In this document: piece after piece, positions 41,358-49,647 of the stretch
Layout: each line of letters opens with the position of its first letter
How positions within the stretch are numbered: position 1 is the stretch's first letter
From: a virus
Strand: one strand, 5' to 3'
Length of the DNA stretch: 61,002 nucleotides
Virus record (IMG/VR): IMGVR_UViG_3300028841_000403
The notes under the pieces: generated by a model
Database searches by the model: none
What the model saw: only the letters and a program-made list of their open reading frames with translations
Told to the model about the DNA's origin: nothing
Translations under genes and position numbers: made by a program

Positions 41358-41923
41358 TTTTCCTCCAGGCCCAGGTATTCCTTGAAGCCGATGCGCTCGC
41401 CGTCCACCAGGAAGCCCCAGTCGTCCTCGCCATCGCCGCGCCGTGTCGGGCGGCCCAGGATGCAGAGGGTCAGGGCCGGGCCCGTCACCGCCGTGATTCG
41501 GTGGAAGGTGCCGCGCTCCACGCGGTAGCTGGAGCCGGAGAAGTGCGTCCGGTAGATGGGCTGCTCGCTCGGCTTCCCATCCACCGTGGGGTGGTGGGCC
41601 TCCGTGTAGGCGCCACGGATGATGAGGGACCGGAATGCCCAGGGGTGATCGTGGGGGTGCCGGTCCTGGTCGGGCCGCAGGATGAGGTGGAACCGGGCCA
41701 CGAAGAACCGGCCAAGCATCCGGTCCAGGGCCCCGCCCTGCCATCCCCGCTTCTCGACCGCGCGGCCGTCGCGCTCGGAGCCGCCCACCAGCCACCAGCG
41801 CTCCATGTAGCCGGGCAGGTGGAAGTAGGGGCGCCGCTTCGCATAGGCCAGCAGCAGGTTCGTCAGCGGTGGGCACATCGAGAGGATGAGGGCCACCAGA
41901 TTCCAGAAGGCGTCAGCCAGCAT
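41354..41923 (-). CDS. Conserved hypothetical protein with an N-terminal TM segment and an HDHPW motif (cupin-like metal site?)
   Basis: 189 aa from the ATG at 41923. ...YMERWWLVGG...ARFHLILRPDQDRHPHDHPWAFRSLIIRGAYTE.... Confidence 0.45.
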   Translation of the reverse strand: MLADAFWNLVALILSMCPPLTNLLLAYAKRRPYFHLPGYMERWWLVGGSERDGRAVEKRGWQGGALDRMLGRFFVARFHLILRPDQDRHPHDHPWAFRSLIIRGAYTEAHHPTVDGKPSEQPIYRTHFSGSSYRVERGTFHRITAVTGPALTLCILGRPTRRGDGEDDWGFLVDGERIGFKEYLGLEEK

Positions 41924-42185
41924 GGTGGGCCTCCTGCCGCGCGGGAATGCGCTCGATGCTGGCCAGCAAGGACTCGACCATCGTTTGCGCCACATGGTCG
42001 GCGTCCAGCCAGATGGGAGGGTGTTCGCAGAAGGCTTCATGGAGCTTGAAGAGAAGGGCCGCCTCCTTGTGCGCGACCCGGACGCCCTGGATGAGGCGCA
42101 TGGCCTCGCTGTTGGACAGCGCGCTGCCGTTGCCGATTCGGGCCTCCATCTCGCCCAGCTCGGAGAGAGGGACCAGCGCGGCCAT
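41913..42185 (-). CDS. Hypothetical protein
   Basis: 90 aa from the ATG at 42185 (overlaps the upstream stop). Confidence 0.4.
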   Translation of the reverse strand: MAALVPLSELGEMEARIGNGSALSNSEAMRLIQGVRVAHKEAALLFKLHEAFCEHPPIWLDADHVAQTMVESLLASIERIPARQEAHHAG

Positions 42186-42733
42186 CAGCCCACCACCTCG
42201 ACGCCCAGGCCGAATCCGCCGTCGCCGGCCAGCCCGCCCTGGATCCAGGTCTTCATCGTCTCCTGCATGGCGTCCGGGTCCTGGGAGCGCTTGTCCAGGA
42301 AGGCCCCGAAGCGGCGCTCCATGTGGCCCAGCCCCTCCTCGATAAGGAACAGGCGCTCCGCCGCGCGGTCCTGCTCGCCCTTGGCGGCGCTCGGCGGGAC
42401 CTTCATCCCGCTCATCTGGAAGGTCGCGGCCTGGAAGGTGAAGACCCATTCCAGGTCTCCGCTCAGGAGGCGGACCTTGGCCTTCACCGGGCGCATGCCG
42501 CGGGCGAGGGCCTCGAAGGCTTCCCGGCTCTCCGCCGGGTTGCCCTTGTTGAGGGACATCTCCTTCACCTCGCCGTGCTCGGCGGCCAGCATCATGGCGT
42601 CGTCCACGAAGCAGGCGCTGTGGTCCCCCTGCTGGCCAGAGGTGCCACCCTCCGCGGTTCCACGCATCCAGAGCCAGAGGAGGAACTCCTCGCCCAGGAA
42701 GCGGCCCTGCTCGATCAGCTCAAGCGGCTTCAT
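42185..42733 (-). CDS. RdgC C-terminal-half-like protein
   Basis: 182 aa from the ATG at 42733. ...FLGEEFLLWLWMRG..., ...VKAKVRLLSGDLEWVFTFQAATFQMSGMKVP... and ...DRAAERLFLIEEGLGHMERRFGAFL align by eye with the last ~150 aa of E. coli RdgC. Confidence 0.45.
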   Translation of the reverse strand: MKPLELIEQGRFLGEEFLLWLWMRGTAEGGTSGQQGDHSACFVDDAMMLAAEHGEVKEMSLNKGNPAESREAFEALARGMRPVKAKVRLLSGDLEWVFTFQAATFQMSGMKVPPSAAKGEQDRAAERLFLIEEGLGHMERRFGAFLDKRSQDPDAMQETMKTWIQGGLAGDGGFGLGVEVVG

Positions 42734-42917
42734 TCGATCTCCGATCAAGGAAGTGGAGGCCTTCAAGGACCGCCAGAAGCAGCGGGAAGGCGATGAGCCA
42801 GAGCAGCAGCTCGGCACGGTTGGGGTTGCCATGGCGCTTCCGCGCCCAGCTCAGCAGCCAGAGGGCCAGCAGCAGATAGGCCGGCAGGCCCAGGTAAAAG
42901 AGGAGGACCGGCAGCAT
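42720..42917 (-). CDS. Small two-TM membrane protein
   Basis: 65 aa: MLPVLLFYLGLPAYLLLALWLLSWARKRHGNPNRAELLLWLIAFPLLLAVLEG.... Confidence 0.45.
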   Translation of the reverse strand: MLPVLLFYLGLPAYLLLALWLLSWARKRHGNPNRAELLLWLIAFPLLLAVLEGLHFLDRRSNEAA

Positions 42918-43399
42918 CACGCCCCCTTCTCTTCCAGCTCGAGGAGCGGCTTGGGCGCGGCATCCGCGGCCATCTGGATGGAGACGAGGATGGGGAGGAC
43001 ATCCGCCCGGCCCTGGCGGACCGTGGCGACCACCTCCTCCTTGTCCGTCCGGAAGAACTCGATGGCCTGGTGGTCCGCGGCGGTGCCGCCCGCCAGCGCG
43101 ATCCAGCGGCATACCGGCTTCCCGTTCTTCAGGCAGGGCATCGTGATCCCGATGCAGTGGCGGCCGTTCATGACGCCCACGCCTTCAACGCCGAAGACAT
43201 AGCCCTCGCGCGCCATGCGCGAAAGCGTCCCTTGGATCGTGAAGGTGCGGGCCGCGGTGTCCGTGAAGGCCTGGGTGTTGGGGCTCTTGGCGCTCTCCAG
43301 CTCCTTGGTCAGGATCTTCACGCGGGCCTGGGCGCTGCTGAGCTGGGCCTCCAGGTGGGAGACGCGCTCGGCAAGCATCTTCCGGGTGGGATTCGGCAT
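42917..43399 (-). CDS. Hypothetical protein (N-terminal coiled coil)
   Basis: 160 aa from the ATG at 43399. Confidence 0.45.
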   Translation of the reverse strand: MPNPTRKMLAERVSHLEAQLSSAQARVKILTKELESAKSPNTQAFTDTAARTFTIQGTLSRMAREGYVFGVEGVGVMNGRHCIGITMPCLKNGKPVCRWIALAGGTAADHQAIEFFRTDKEEVVATVRQGRADVLPILVSIQMAADAAPKPLLELEEKGA

Positions 43400-43407
43400 G
43401 GCCGGCC

Positions 43408-43677
43408 TCACTCCGGGCTGGAGGCGAGGGAGCCGGGCTGACCCTGCTCCTCGACCCACTGCCGCGCGGTGCGGGTGACGAGCTGGCCGTCCTCCCGCAG
43501 GGTGATGGAGCGCCCGGCCGCCACCGGCTTGGCCGACACATCGAACTCGTTGCCCTCGTAGTCCGGGCTCGCCACGAAGTCCTGGAGCGCGGCGGCCAGG
43601 GACTCGGCGATCCAGAAGTAGGAGAGGCCCCCGTGCTGGATGTCGAAAAGCTCGAGGGTGGGCGTGGTGGTGGTCAT
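43408..43677 (-). CDS. Hypothetical protein
   Basis: 89 aa from the ATG at 43677 (ATGA overlap). Confidence 0.4.
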   Translation of the reverse strand: MTTTTPTLELFDIQHGGLSYFWIAESLAAALQDFVASPDYEGNEFDVSAKPVAAGRSITLREDGQLVTRTARQWVEEQGQPGSLASSPE

Positions 43678-44951
43678 CAGGCCTCCGCCGCCTGGAGGTC
43701 CGCCACCACCTCGCCGTCCTCGATCACGATGCCCATGGACTTGGAGGAGTCCACGCGCTCGACCCACACCTGGTAGCCCTGCTCCTCCGCCATCTCGGCG
43801 ACCAGCAGGAGCCCGTTCTCGTCCAGGAGGCTGCCCTCGCGGATGAGGACCACCTTCAGCTTGGGGTTGGCGGCCATGGCCAGGGCGGTGCTCACCCGGA
43901 GCTGCTCGGCGCTGGAGGCCTGCTCCAGGGGAACCCCGTTCAGGAGCACCTGGCCGTCGCCCAGGCTCAGGCCGGCGACCGGGAACTGGGCTTCCGCCAG
44001 GGCCGCGGCCTTGGCCTCGTCCAGGGCCTCCATGCTGGCCGTGAGGTTGTCCGCGAGGCGCTGGGCCTCCGCGGCCTGCACCTCCAGGGAAGCCTTCCGC
44101 TCGCGCAGCTTCACGGCCTCGTTGATGGCCTGGAGGTTGCGGAGGCGCTCCTTGATGGGCTCGATGGCGATGGGCGCGTCCAGGGCCTTCCGGTCCGCCT
44201 GCTCGGCGAGCAGGTTCCGGAGGTCTTCCTCGGCCTGGGCCAGTTCCGAGCGGAGCCGGTCCACGCGGGCCTTCCCCTCCTCCACCTGGCGGTCCTCGGC
44301 GCGGCGCCGGTGCTCCTCCCGCTGGAGCGCCTCGTTGGCGGCCATGGCCTGCTCGACCTGGGCCACCAGCTCCCCGGCATCCACCGGCGTCTCCGGGGTG
44401 TCGTCCGGGATGGTGATGCCTTCGGCTTGGGCCTTGAGGGACCTGGCGTTCCGGTTGTGCTCCGTGCGCTCGTCGTACTGCTGCTGGCGCAGCCGGTCAA
44501 TGCCGTCCAGGTCCGCGCTTACCTTCACCACGGCCTTGAGGGCGTCGAACTGCTCCCGCGGCTTCATCCGCGTGAAGGCCAGCGGATCGAAGGTCAGGGA
44601 GCCCAGCAGGCTGTCCAGGAGCTTCTGCGGCGAGCTCAGCTTGGCGCCGTCCGCGTTCGTGATGGTCAGGGAGGGCGTGCCCGAGGGGGTGAACTTCCGC
44701 GTCACCACCACCTCGCCCAGGTCCAGGCGGATGCTGGCGCTCTGCTCGCCGTGGCGGATCGGATCCACCGGGCAGGCCGCGAGGCCCATCAGCGCGGCGG
44801 AGATGGAGTCCATGACGGACGACTTGCCCTGGGCATTCCGGCCGGCGATCACCACCAGGCCCTTGCCCGGCGTGATGCGCGCGACCTTCACGCGCTTGAA
44901 GTTCTCGACTTCCAGGCTCACCACCTGGAGGTCCTTGGTCTGCTCGCTCAC
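43677..44951 (-). CDS. SMC/RecF/SbcC-like AAA ATPase with a central coiled coil
   Basis: 424 aa from the GTG at 44951 (GTGA overlap). Walker A is GRNAQGKSS, followed by a long coiled coil and a C-terminal ...VVLIREGSLLDENG... (Walker B / D-loop-like). Confidence 0.65.
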   Translation of the reverse strand: MSEQTKDLQVVSLEVENFKRVKVARITPGKGLVVIAGRNAQGKSSVMDSISAALMGLAACPVDPIRHGEQSASIRLDLGEVVVTRKFTPSGTPSLTITNADGAKLSSPQKLLDSLLGSLTFDPLAFTRMKPREQFDALKAVVKVSADLDGIDRLRQQQYDERTEHNRNARSLKAQAEGITIPDDTPETPVDAGELVAQVEQAMAANEALQREEHRRRAEDRQVEEGKARVDRLRSELAQAEEDLRNLLAEQADRKALDAPIAIEPIKERLRNLQAINEAVKLRERKASLEVQAAEAQRLADNLTASMEALDEAKAAALAEAQFPVAGLSLGDGQVLLNGVPLEQASSAEQLRVSTALAMAANPKLKVVLIREGSLLDENGLLLVAEMAEEQGYQVWVERVDSSKSMGIVIEDGEVVADLQAAEA

Positions 44952-45349
44952 GCGGCCTCCGTGTCGGATTTGATGGGTTCCCAGCCCTCGATTTCGATGT
45001 CGCCGTCTTCCCAATCGAAGGAGCTGGCCTTTTCTGCCTCATCGAGCGCCTTCTGCTTGATGTCGCTTTCCGTCTCCGCTTCCACCTCAACTTCGAGGTA
45101 TTGGATCCGCTCCAGGCGCACGGTGTAGCGCTTGGGGCCGCCCTCGAAGACCTCCTCGACCTTCACGGGCATGCCGCTCTTCTTGGCCGTCCAGCCCGTC
45201 AGGTCGTGGCCCTTCGCGGCCAGCGCGGCGCGCGCCTGGTCCTCCGTCATGTCGTAGATGGCGGACACCTTCTTGGGTTGCTGGTCCTTCTCCTTGCCCG
45301 TGGGGTGGAAGAAGGTCCAGACCGTGAGGATGTAGTTCGCCGTGGACAC
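44948..45349 (-). CDS. Hypothetical protein
   Basis: 133 aa from the GTG at 45349 (GGAGG upstream). The track ORF start at 45397 would overlap the upstream gene. Confidence 0.4.
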   Translation of the reverse strand: MSTANYILTVWTFFHPTGKEKDQQPKKVSAIYDMTEDQARAALAAKGHDLTGWTAKKSGMPVKVEEVFEGGPKRYTVRLERIQYLEVEVEAETESDIKQKALDEAEKASSFDWEDGDIEIEGWEPIKSDTEAA

Positions 45350-45350
45350 C

Positions 45351-45959
45351 TCACGCCTCCAGCGCCAGGTCGAAGGGATCCAGCGCGGCCAGGGCATCCG
45401 CGGGAAGGTGCGGGCGCACCTGCCCGGCTAGGATCAGCGGGCCCATCGGCTGCAGCTCGACGCCGAAGCTCTTCATGAAGAGCCGGGTCATGCCCTCCCG
45501 CGCCTTGGCGGAGCCCGCGCCGGCGATGACGATGCCGGCCTTTCGGTCCCAGGCGCACTCGATGGTGGCGGGCGTGGGCATCACCTTCTTGAGCAGCTCG
45601 GCCTTCACCTCGTCCTGCACAGAGAGGCGCGCCTCGCGGCCCACCCGCACCAGGTCCTTCTCGGCCATGAGGCGCCGCAGGCGCAGGTCCACATGGGCCT
45701 TCAGCAGGGAGGACGGCACGCGGCGGGTGTCAATCCGGAGCGTGAAGAGCGCGTAGCGGTCCAGCGTCACCCAGTCGGGCTCGGCAGGGATCAGGAGCGG
45801 GTTGCGCCAGTCCACCCAGCCCGCGCGCTCCTCATCCAGGCCGTCCTCGAAGGGGCGGAAGCGGTCCTGGGCGAGCCCGGCGGCGACCTGCTCGTCCTCC
45901 GGGGCGGGGCCGAGCGCCATGAATCGGGCCAGGGTCACGGATCCGTTGAAAAGGCCCAT
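45351..45959 (-). CDS. RdgC N-terminal/central-part-like recombination-associated protein
   Basis: 202 aa from the ATG at 45959. MGLFNGSVTLARF... and ...SVQDEVKAELLKKVMPTPATIECAWDRKAGIVIAGAGSAKAREGMTRLFMKSFG... parallel the RdgC stretch ...[54 protein letters not shown]. Confidence 0.55.
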   Translation of the reverse strand: MGLFNGSVTLARFMALGPAPEDEQVAAGLAQDRFRPFEDGLDEERAGWVDWRNPLLIPAEPDWVTLDRYALFTLRIDTRRVPSSLLKAHVDLRLRRLMAEKDLVRVGREARLSVQDEVKAELLKKVMPTPATIECAWDRKAGIVIAGAGSAKAREGMTRLFMKSFGVELQPMGPLILAGQVRPHLPADALAALDPFDLALEA

Positions 45960-45961
45960 GG

Positions 45962-46240
45962 TCAGCTCCTCCGCTGCTTCGGGTTCGGGGTCTTGATGGC
46001 TTCCCAGCGCACCGGATGGCCACCCCCGCTGTTCAGCGGGTCCAAGGTCTTGCGGACCTTCCCAGCCACATGCAGGGCCCGCAGGTGCGTCTGGACGCAC
46101 TTGAGGCTGAGGCCCATCGCGCTGGCGAGGTCCGCCGACCTGGTGGGGCTGGAGGCCTCCACCAGGTGGGCGAGGATCTGCTCGGCGTTGTGCGCCTTGA
46201 GGGAGGTGGGGGTATGCCCCCGGCGGCTGGAAGCGCTCAC
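45962..46240 (-). CDS. Winged-helix DNA-binding protein
   Basis: 92 aa. ...ILAHLVEASSPTRSADLASAMGLSLKCVQTHLRALHVAGKVRK... is a MarR/ArsR-type wHTH pattern. Confidence 0.55.
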   Translation of the reverse strand: MSASSRRGHTPTSLKAHNAEQILAHLVEASSPTRSADLASAMGLSLKCVQTHLRALHVAGKVRKTLDPLNSGGGHPVRWEAIKTPNPKQRRS

Positions 46241-47469
46241 TTCGTCGTCTCGTCAAAAGGCAGGCCCTCGCCGGCGGGCGGCACCTGCGGGTAGTAGGGA
46301 TCGAAGACGCCCTTGTCCCCGGCCGTCATGTCCGCGAAGAACTTGCGGCGCGCGGCCTTGTCGGCCTTGTCCATGGCCTCAGCGGCGGCCTTGGCGACCT
46401 CATCCGGCACCCCGAAGTCCTTGGCGTGCTTGAACAGGGAGTCGCGGTGCGTCTGCCCCATGGGCTGCTGCGGCGCCTTGTCCGCGGCGGGTTCAGCAGG
46501 CGCTGGCGCCGCGGCCGGCGCAGGAGTGGGGGGCTCGGCGGCGGGATCCGCGGCAGGCACCGCGGGCTCTGCGGGCGCGGCAGCTTCCGGGGCCTTCGGT
46601 TCCGGTGCCGCAGCTGGCTGCTGCTCGGCGCTCACCTTCGCCTTGAGGCCTTCGATGGTGGTGGGCGGGGGCGCCTGGGGCGCGCCGCCGTTCACCACTG
46701 TGACCTCCGGCGTGATGTCGATGATGGTGTCCTCGACCTCTTCCTTCGACTGGTAGCCCATCAGAAGCTCGGGCGCGTAGGTCTTGCCGAAGAAGGACGC
46801 GGCGCGGTAGCGGAGCATCACCTCTGGCATGGTCTGCCACTTCGAGCCGTTCTTCTGGAGCCAGCCTTCCAGGGCGGCCATCTTGATGCTCACCTCGGCG
46901 GATTCCAGGCGCAGGCCCGTAGCCAGCTCCGTCGCCCAGGCGCGGCAGGTGCGGTTTTTGAATTTCACCTTGCCGGTTTTTTGCTCCTTCTTCTTCAGTG
47001 AGTCGTTCCACTCGGAGTAGTGGAAGGTCACTTCCTCCTCGGGGCCTTCCTCGGAGAGGTCGAAGCGCAGCGGGGAGAAGCGGCCGCACTGGTTGACGGC
47101 GGCGATGATGAACTGGGAGGACCAGCCCGGCTTACCCTCCACGATGTAGAGGTTCTGCATGACCATCAGGGCATCAATGCCCATGCGGTTGGCCATGTTG
47201 AGGGCCACGACGCAGTTGGGGAGCCCGTTCGGGTTCACCTCTTCGCGGGCCTTGTCGCCGTAGCCCTTCGTGATGGAGGACCGGAAGGCGGCCGGCACCA
47301 GAGAGGACGAGCTGAGAAGCTTCGCGGCTCGCTGGAGCGCCTCGAAGCCCTCCATGGTGTCGAAGCCCATGCGCGTGACCTCGTGCTTGTGAGGCGTGGC
47401 CAGCGCGGCCGGAGGAGCGGGAGGCGTGGCGGGGCCAGCCTGCGGCTTGATTGTATCGGTCAGGGTCAT
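46237..47469 (-). CDS. recT: RecT-family single-strand annealing protein with an Ala/Pro-rich C-terminal extension
   Basis: 410 aa. ...LPNCVVALNMANRMGIDALMVMQNLYIVEGKPGWSSQFIIAAVNQCGRF... It is adjacent to the YqaJ-type exonuclease. Confidence 0.75.
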   Translation of the reverse strand: MTLTDTIKPQAGPATPPAPPAALATPHKHEVTRMGFDTMEGFEALQRAAKLLSSSSLVPAAFRSSITKGYGDKAREEVNPNGLPNCVVALNMANRMGIDALMVMQNLYIVEGKPGWSSQFIIAAVNQCGRFSPLRFDLSEEGPEEEVTFHYSEWNDSLKKKEQKTGKVKFKNRTCRAWATELATGLRLESAEVSIKMAALEGWLQKNGSKWQTMPEVMLRYRAASFFGKTYAPELLMGYQSKEEVEDTIIDITPEVTVVNGGAPQAPPPTTIEGLKAKVSAEQQPAAAPEPKAPEAAAPAEPAVPAADPAAEPPTPAPAAAPAPAEPAADKAPQQPMGQTHRDSLFKHAKDFGVPDEVAKAAAEAMDKADKAARRKFFADMTAGDKGVFDPYYPQVPPAGEGLPFDETTK

Positions 47470-47479
47470 GACTTCTCCG

Positions 47480-48586
47480 TTAAGCGACCGCGCCCGTAGC
47501 GGCGGCCAGCTTCTTTTCCAGGGCGGTCATCCAGCCCTGGACATAGGGATTGGGGGTGAACTTCTTCGTGTGCTTCGCGCGCAGCTTCGCAAGCGCCTCG
47601 GCATCCACGCTTGCGCGCGCTGCCAGCTCGGCGATGACGGCTTCCGTGTCCTCGTCTTCCTTCTCCTTGGGCTCGACGGTGCCGAACTGCCAGCCCTGCC
47701 CCTTCAGCCGCTTCACGCCCAGCTGGTTCACGCGGGCGGTGAGCTTGGCCTTGGCGTTCTTCTCGGCCTCCTCCGCCTTCTTGCGTCTGATGACCGTGAG
47801 GGCGTAGGCCGTGGCCGCGATTTCATCTTCAGGGCCAGCGGCAGCCTCATCCTTGAAGCCCTTGGAGCGCAGGCGCAGTAGCTCGGCCTGAGCTTCGCTG
47901 GAGGTCTTCGCGGTGGCCGCGGGCTCGATGTTCGGGACCACATAGCCGATCCAGAATTCCTTGCCCTTCTCCACCATCAGGTCGAAGAGCTCCTGGTCGA
48001 AGCGGATGGTGTAGGTCCGCTCCTCCTCCAGGATGGCGCTCAGAAGTTGGGTGGGCGTCATGCCCAGGTCCTTCAGCTTCTCGGCGCGGTCCCAGTCCAC
48101 GAAGGCGGCGCGCAGCTTGAAGGTGTGGATGCCAGTGAGGCCCATGTACCACTGGACCTGCACCTGGTAGTCCAGGCGGGCCTGCTCGGAGCCGTCCGGC
48201 CCCCATTCATCCGTCCAGAGGGCGCGGTAGGTGACGCACTTGATTTCCAGGCCCTCCGCCGTGGTGTTCAGCGGGAGGAAGTCGGGGTTGCCGCCCAGGA
48301 AGGGGAACTCGGGATGCCGGACCGCCGTGCCCTTCCGCAGCTCCAGGCCGGTCGCGTTCGCGTGGCGCTGGGCGACGGCGGGCTCCAGGAAGTTGCCCAG
48401 CTCGACATAGAAGGCGAGGTCCTTCTCCGGGGCCAGTCCCTTCTTCTCCAGGTAGACATCCAGGGCATCGCCGTACTTCGAGACGCCCATCAGCTTGGCG
48501 AGGTCCGTCCCGCCCAGGTAGGTCTTCCGCTCTTCCAGCCACGCCTGGCGGGCCGGGTCCACGGGCTTCAGCAGCTCGATGCTCAT
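47480..48586 (-). CDS. YqaJ/lambda-Exo-like recombination exonuclease with a C-terminal extension
   Basis: 368 aa from the ATG at 48586. ...WLEERKTYLGGTDLAKLMGVSKYGDALDVY...NPDFL...GLEIKCV... are PD-(D/E)xK YqaJ motifs. Confidence 0.75.
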   Translation of the reverse strand: MSIELLKPVDPARQAWLEERKTYLGGTDLAKLMGVSKYGDALDVYLEKKGLAPEKDLAFYVELGNFLEPAVAQRHANATGLELRKGTAVRHPEFPFLGGNPDFLPLNTTAEGLEIKCVTYRALWTDEWGPDGSEQARLDYQVQVQWYMGLTGIHTFKLRAAFVDWDRAEKLKDLGMTPTQLLSAILEEERTYTIRFDQELFDLMVEKGKEFWIGYVVPNIEPAATAKTSSEAQAELLRLRSKGFKDEAAAGPEDEIAATAYALTVIRRKKAEEAEKNAKAKLTARVNQLGVKRLKGQGWQFGTVEPKEKEDEDTEAVIAELAARASVDAEALAKLRAKHTKKFTPNPYVQGWMTALEKKLAAATGAVA

Positions 48587-48879
48587 GCCACCGCCTTCCG
48601 CGACCGCTTGCAGGTCGGGCAGCAGAGGTCCTGGACCACCTGGCGCACCGTCGCTCCCGGAGCCGCGCTCTGGAAGGGGATCTCGTGACCGCAGGCCAGG
48701 ACCCAAAAGGCGCCGCCGCCTTGGGCGCGGGGGTGGATGACCAGACCGATCCGGCGCCGGCGTGAATCCGGGCTTGATTTGCTGGGGATAGGTGCGGACA
48801 CTGATTGCGTAGCGCATCCCGTTCCACGGGTATTTCCATGCGCTGCGCAACCTAGAGCCGCGCTCGACACGCGATTCAC
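48583..48879 (-). CDS. First early-left gene: small Cys-containing protein (98 aa, GTG start)
   Basis: The GTG at 48879 has a GGGAGG SD 6 nt upstream, about 70 nt downstream of the predicted leftward promoter. The C-terminus is ...ACGHEIPF...CCPTCKRSRK. Confidence 0.45.
   Translation of the reverse strand: MNRVSSAALGCAAHGNTRGTGCATQSVSAPIPSKSSPDSRRRRIGLVIHPRAQGGGAFWVLACGHEIPFQSAAPGATVRQVVQDLCCPTCKRSRKAVA
48805..48817. promoter_or_regulatory. Operator-like site TTGCGtagCGCAT
   Basis: The same 13-mer occurs at 32858..32870. It lies inside the first early-left ORF. Confidence 0.45.
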
Positions 48880-48956
48880 AGTTGCCTCCCTTTGAGAAAT
48901 CCCTTACAGCCAGGCCACAAGGGGCGGATCGGTCGTCACCCCGAATCCACTCATAC

Positions 48957-48985
48957 AGTATCCGTGCGCCACGCAAGTCTGTCAA
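48957..48985 (-). promoter_or_regulatory. Sigma70-type early leftward promoter (-35 TTGACA, 17-bp spacer, -10 GATACT)
   Basis: The minus strand reads CACTTGACA GACTTGCGTGGCGCACG GATACT. The spacer is occupied by an operator site. Confidence 0.65.
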
Positions 48986-49017
48986 GTGGTAAAGAGCAAA
49001 AATCTTGCGTGGCGCAT
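48964..49017. promoter_or_regulatory. Operator pair between the repressor gene and the leftward promoter
   Basis: GTGCGccaCGCAA at 48964..48976 and TTGCGtggCGCAT at 49005..49017 are in inverted orientation. The second lies about 46 nt 5' of the repressor ATG. Confidence 0.6.
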
Positions 49018-49062
49018 TTCATCCCCCTCCATGGACTCGCAGTTGCCACTCCAGGAGCGCCG

Positions 49063-49647
49063 ATGCCCGAGCTGCCCCCTACCCTTCCCGGCTACGAAAA
49101 CCGCCTGATCCAGGCCCGCGAGGCCCTCGGGCTGTCGCCAGCTGAGGCCAGCCGCCGCATCGGCATCGCTCAGAGCACCTGGGGCCGGTGGGAGCGCAAC
49201 GAGTTCGGCAAGCCCCCCGATCGGACGGGCCGCCTCGCCATGGAATACGAGCTGGGCATCCGCGAACGCTGGATCCTCTTCGGCGAAGAGCCCATGGTCC
49301 GGCGCCCGATCCAGCTGGACCGCCTCGCCGACACCGAGCAGGTGCCCTGCCCCGAGGGATGCGGCATGGCCCCGCACCTCCAGTCCGGCGACATCCTGCT
49401 GGTCCACACCCTGGAGCTCGGCCTCGAGTCCCTCGTCCAGGGCCACATCTACCTGCACGCCCCCGAGGGAGGCCGGGCCACCGCCGGCCGCGCCGTGCTC
49501 AACTCCGCTTCACGCCGCTGGTTCCTCTACCACGACGAGGACCGCGAGTTCCCTGGCACCCACATCCCCGAAGCGCTCGCGCCGGACGCCCACCTCCGCG
49601 AGGTCATGGGCGTGATCCGCGTCTTCGAAGGCCTCACCCAGGCCTAG
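49063..49647 (+). CDS. CI/LexA-like repressor: XRE-type HTH plus an S24-like C-terminal domain that appears catalytically inactive
   Basis: 194 aa from the ATG at 49063 (AGGAG SD). The HTH is RLIQAREALGLSPAEASRRIGIAQSTWGRWE. The C-domain has GCGMAPHLQSGDILLV where S24 peptidases have G(D)SM.P...GD, and ATAGRAV where they have the catalytic Lys. Confidence 0.7.
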   Translation: MPELPPTLPGYENRLIQAREALGLSPAEASRRIGIAQSTWGRWERNEFGKPPDRTGRLAMEYELGIRERWILFGEEPMVRRPIQLDRLADTEQVPCPEGCGMAPHLQSGDILLVHTLELGLESLVQGHIYLHAPEGGRATAGRAVLNSASRRWFLYHDEDREFPGTHIPEALAPDAHLREVMGVIRVFEGLTQA

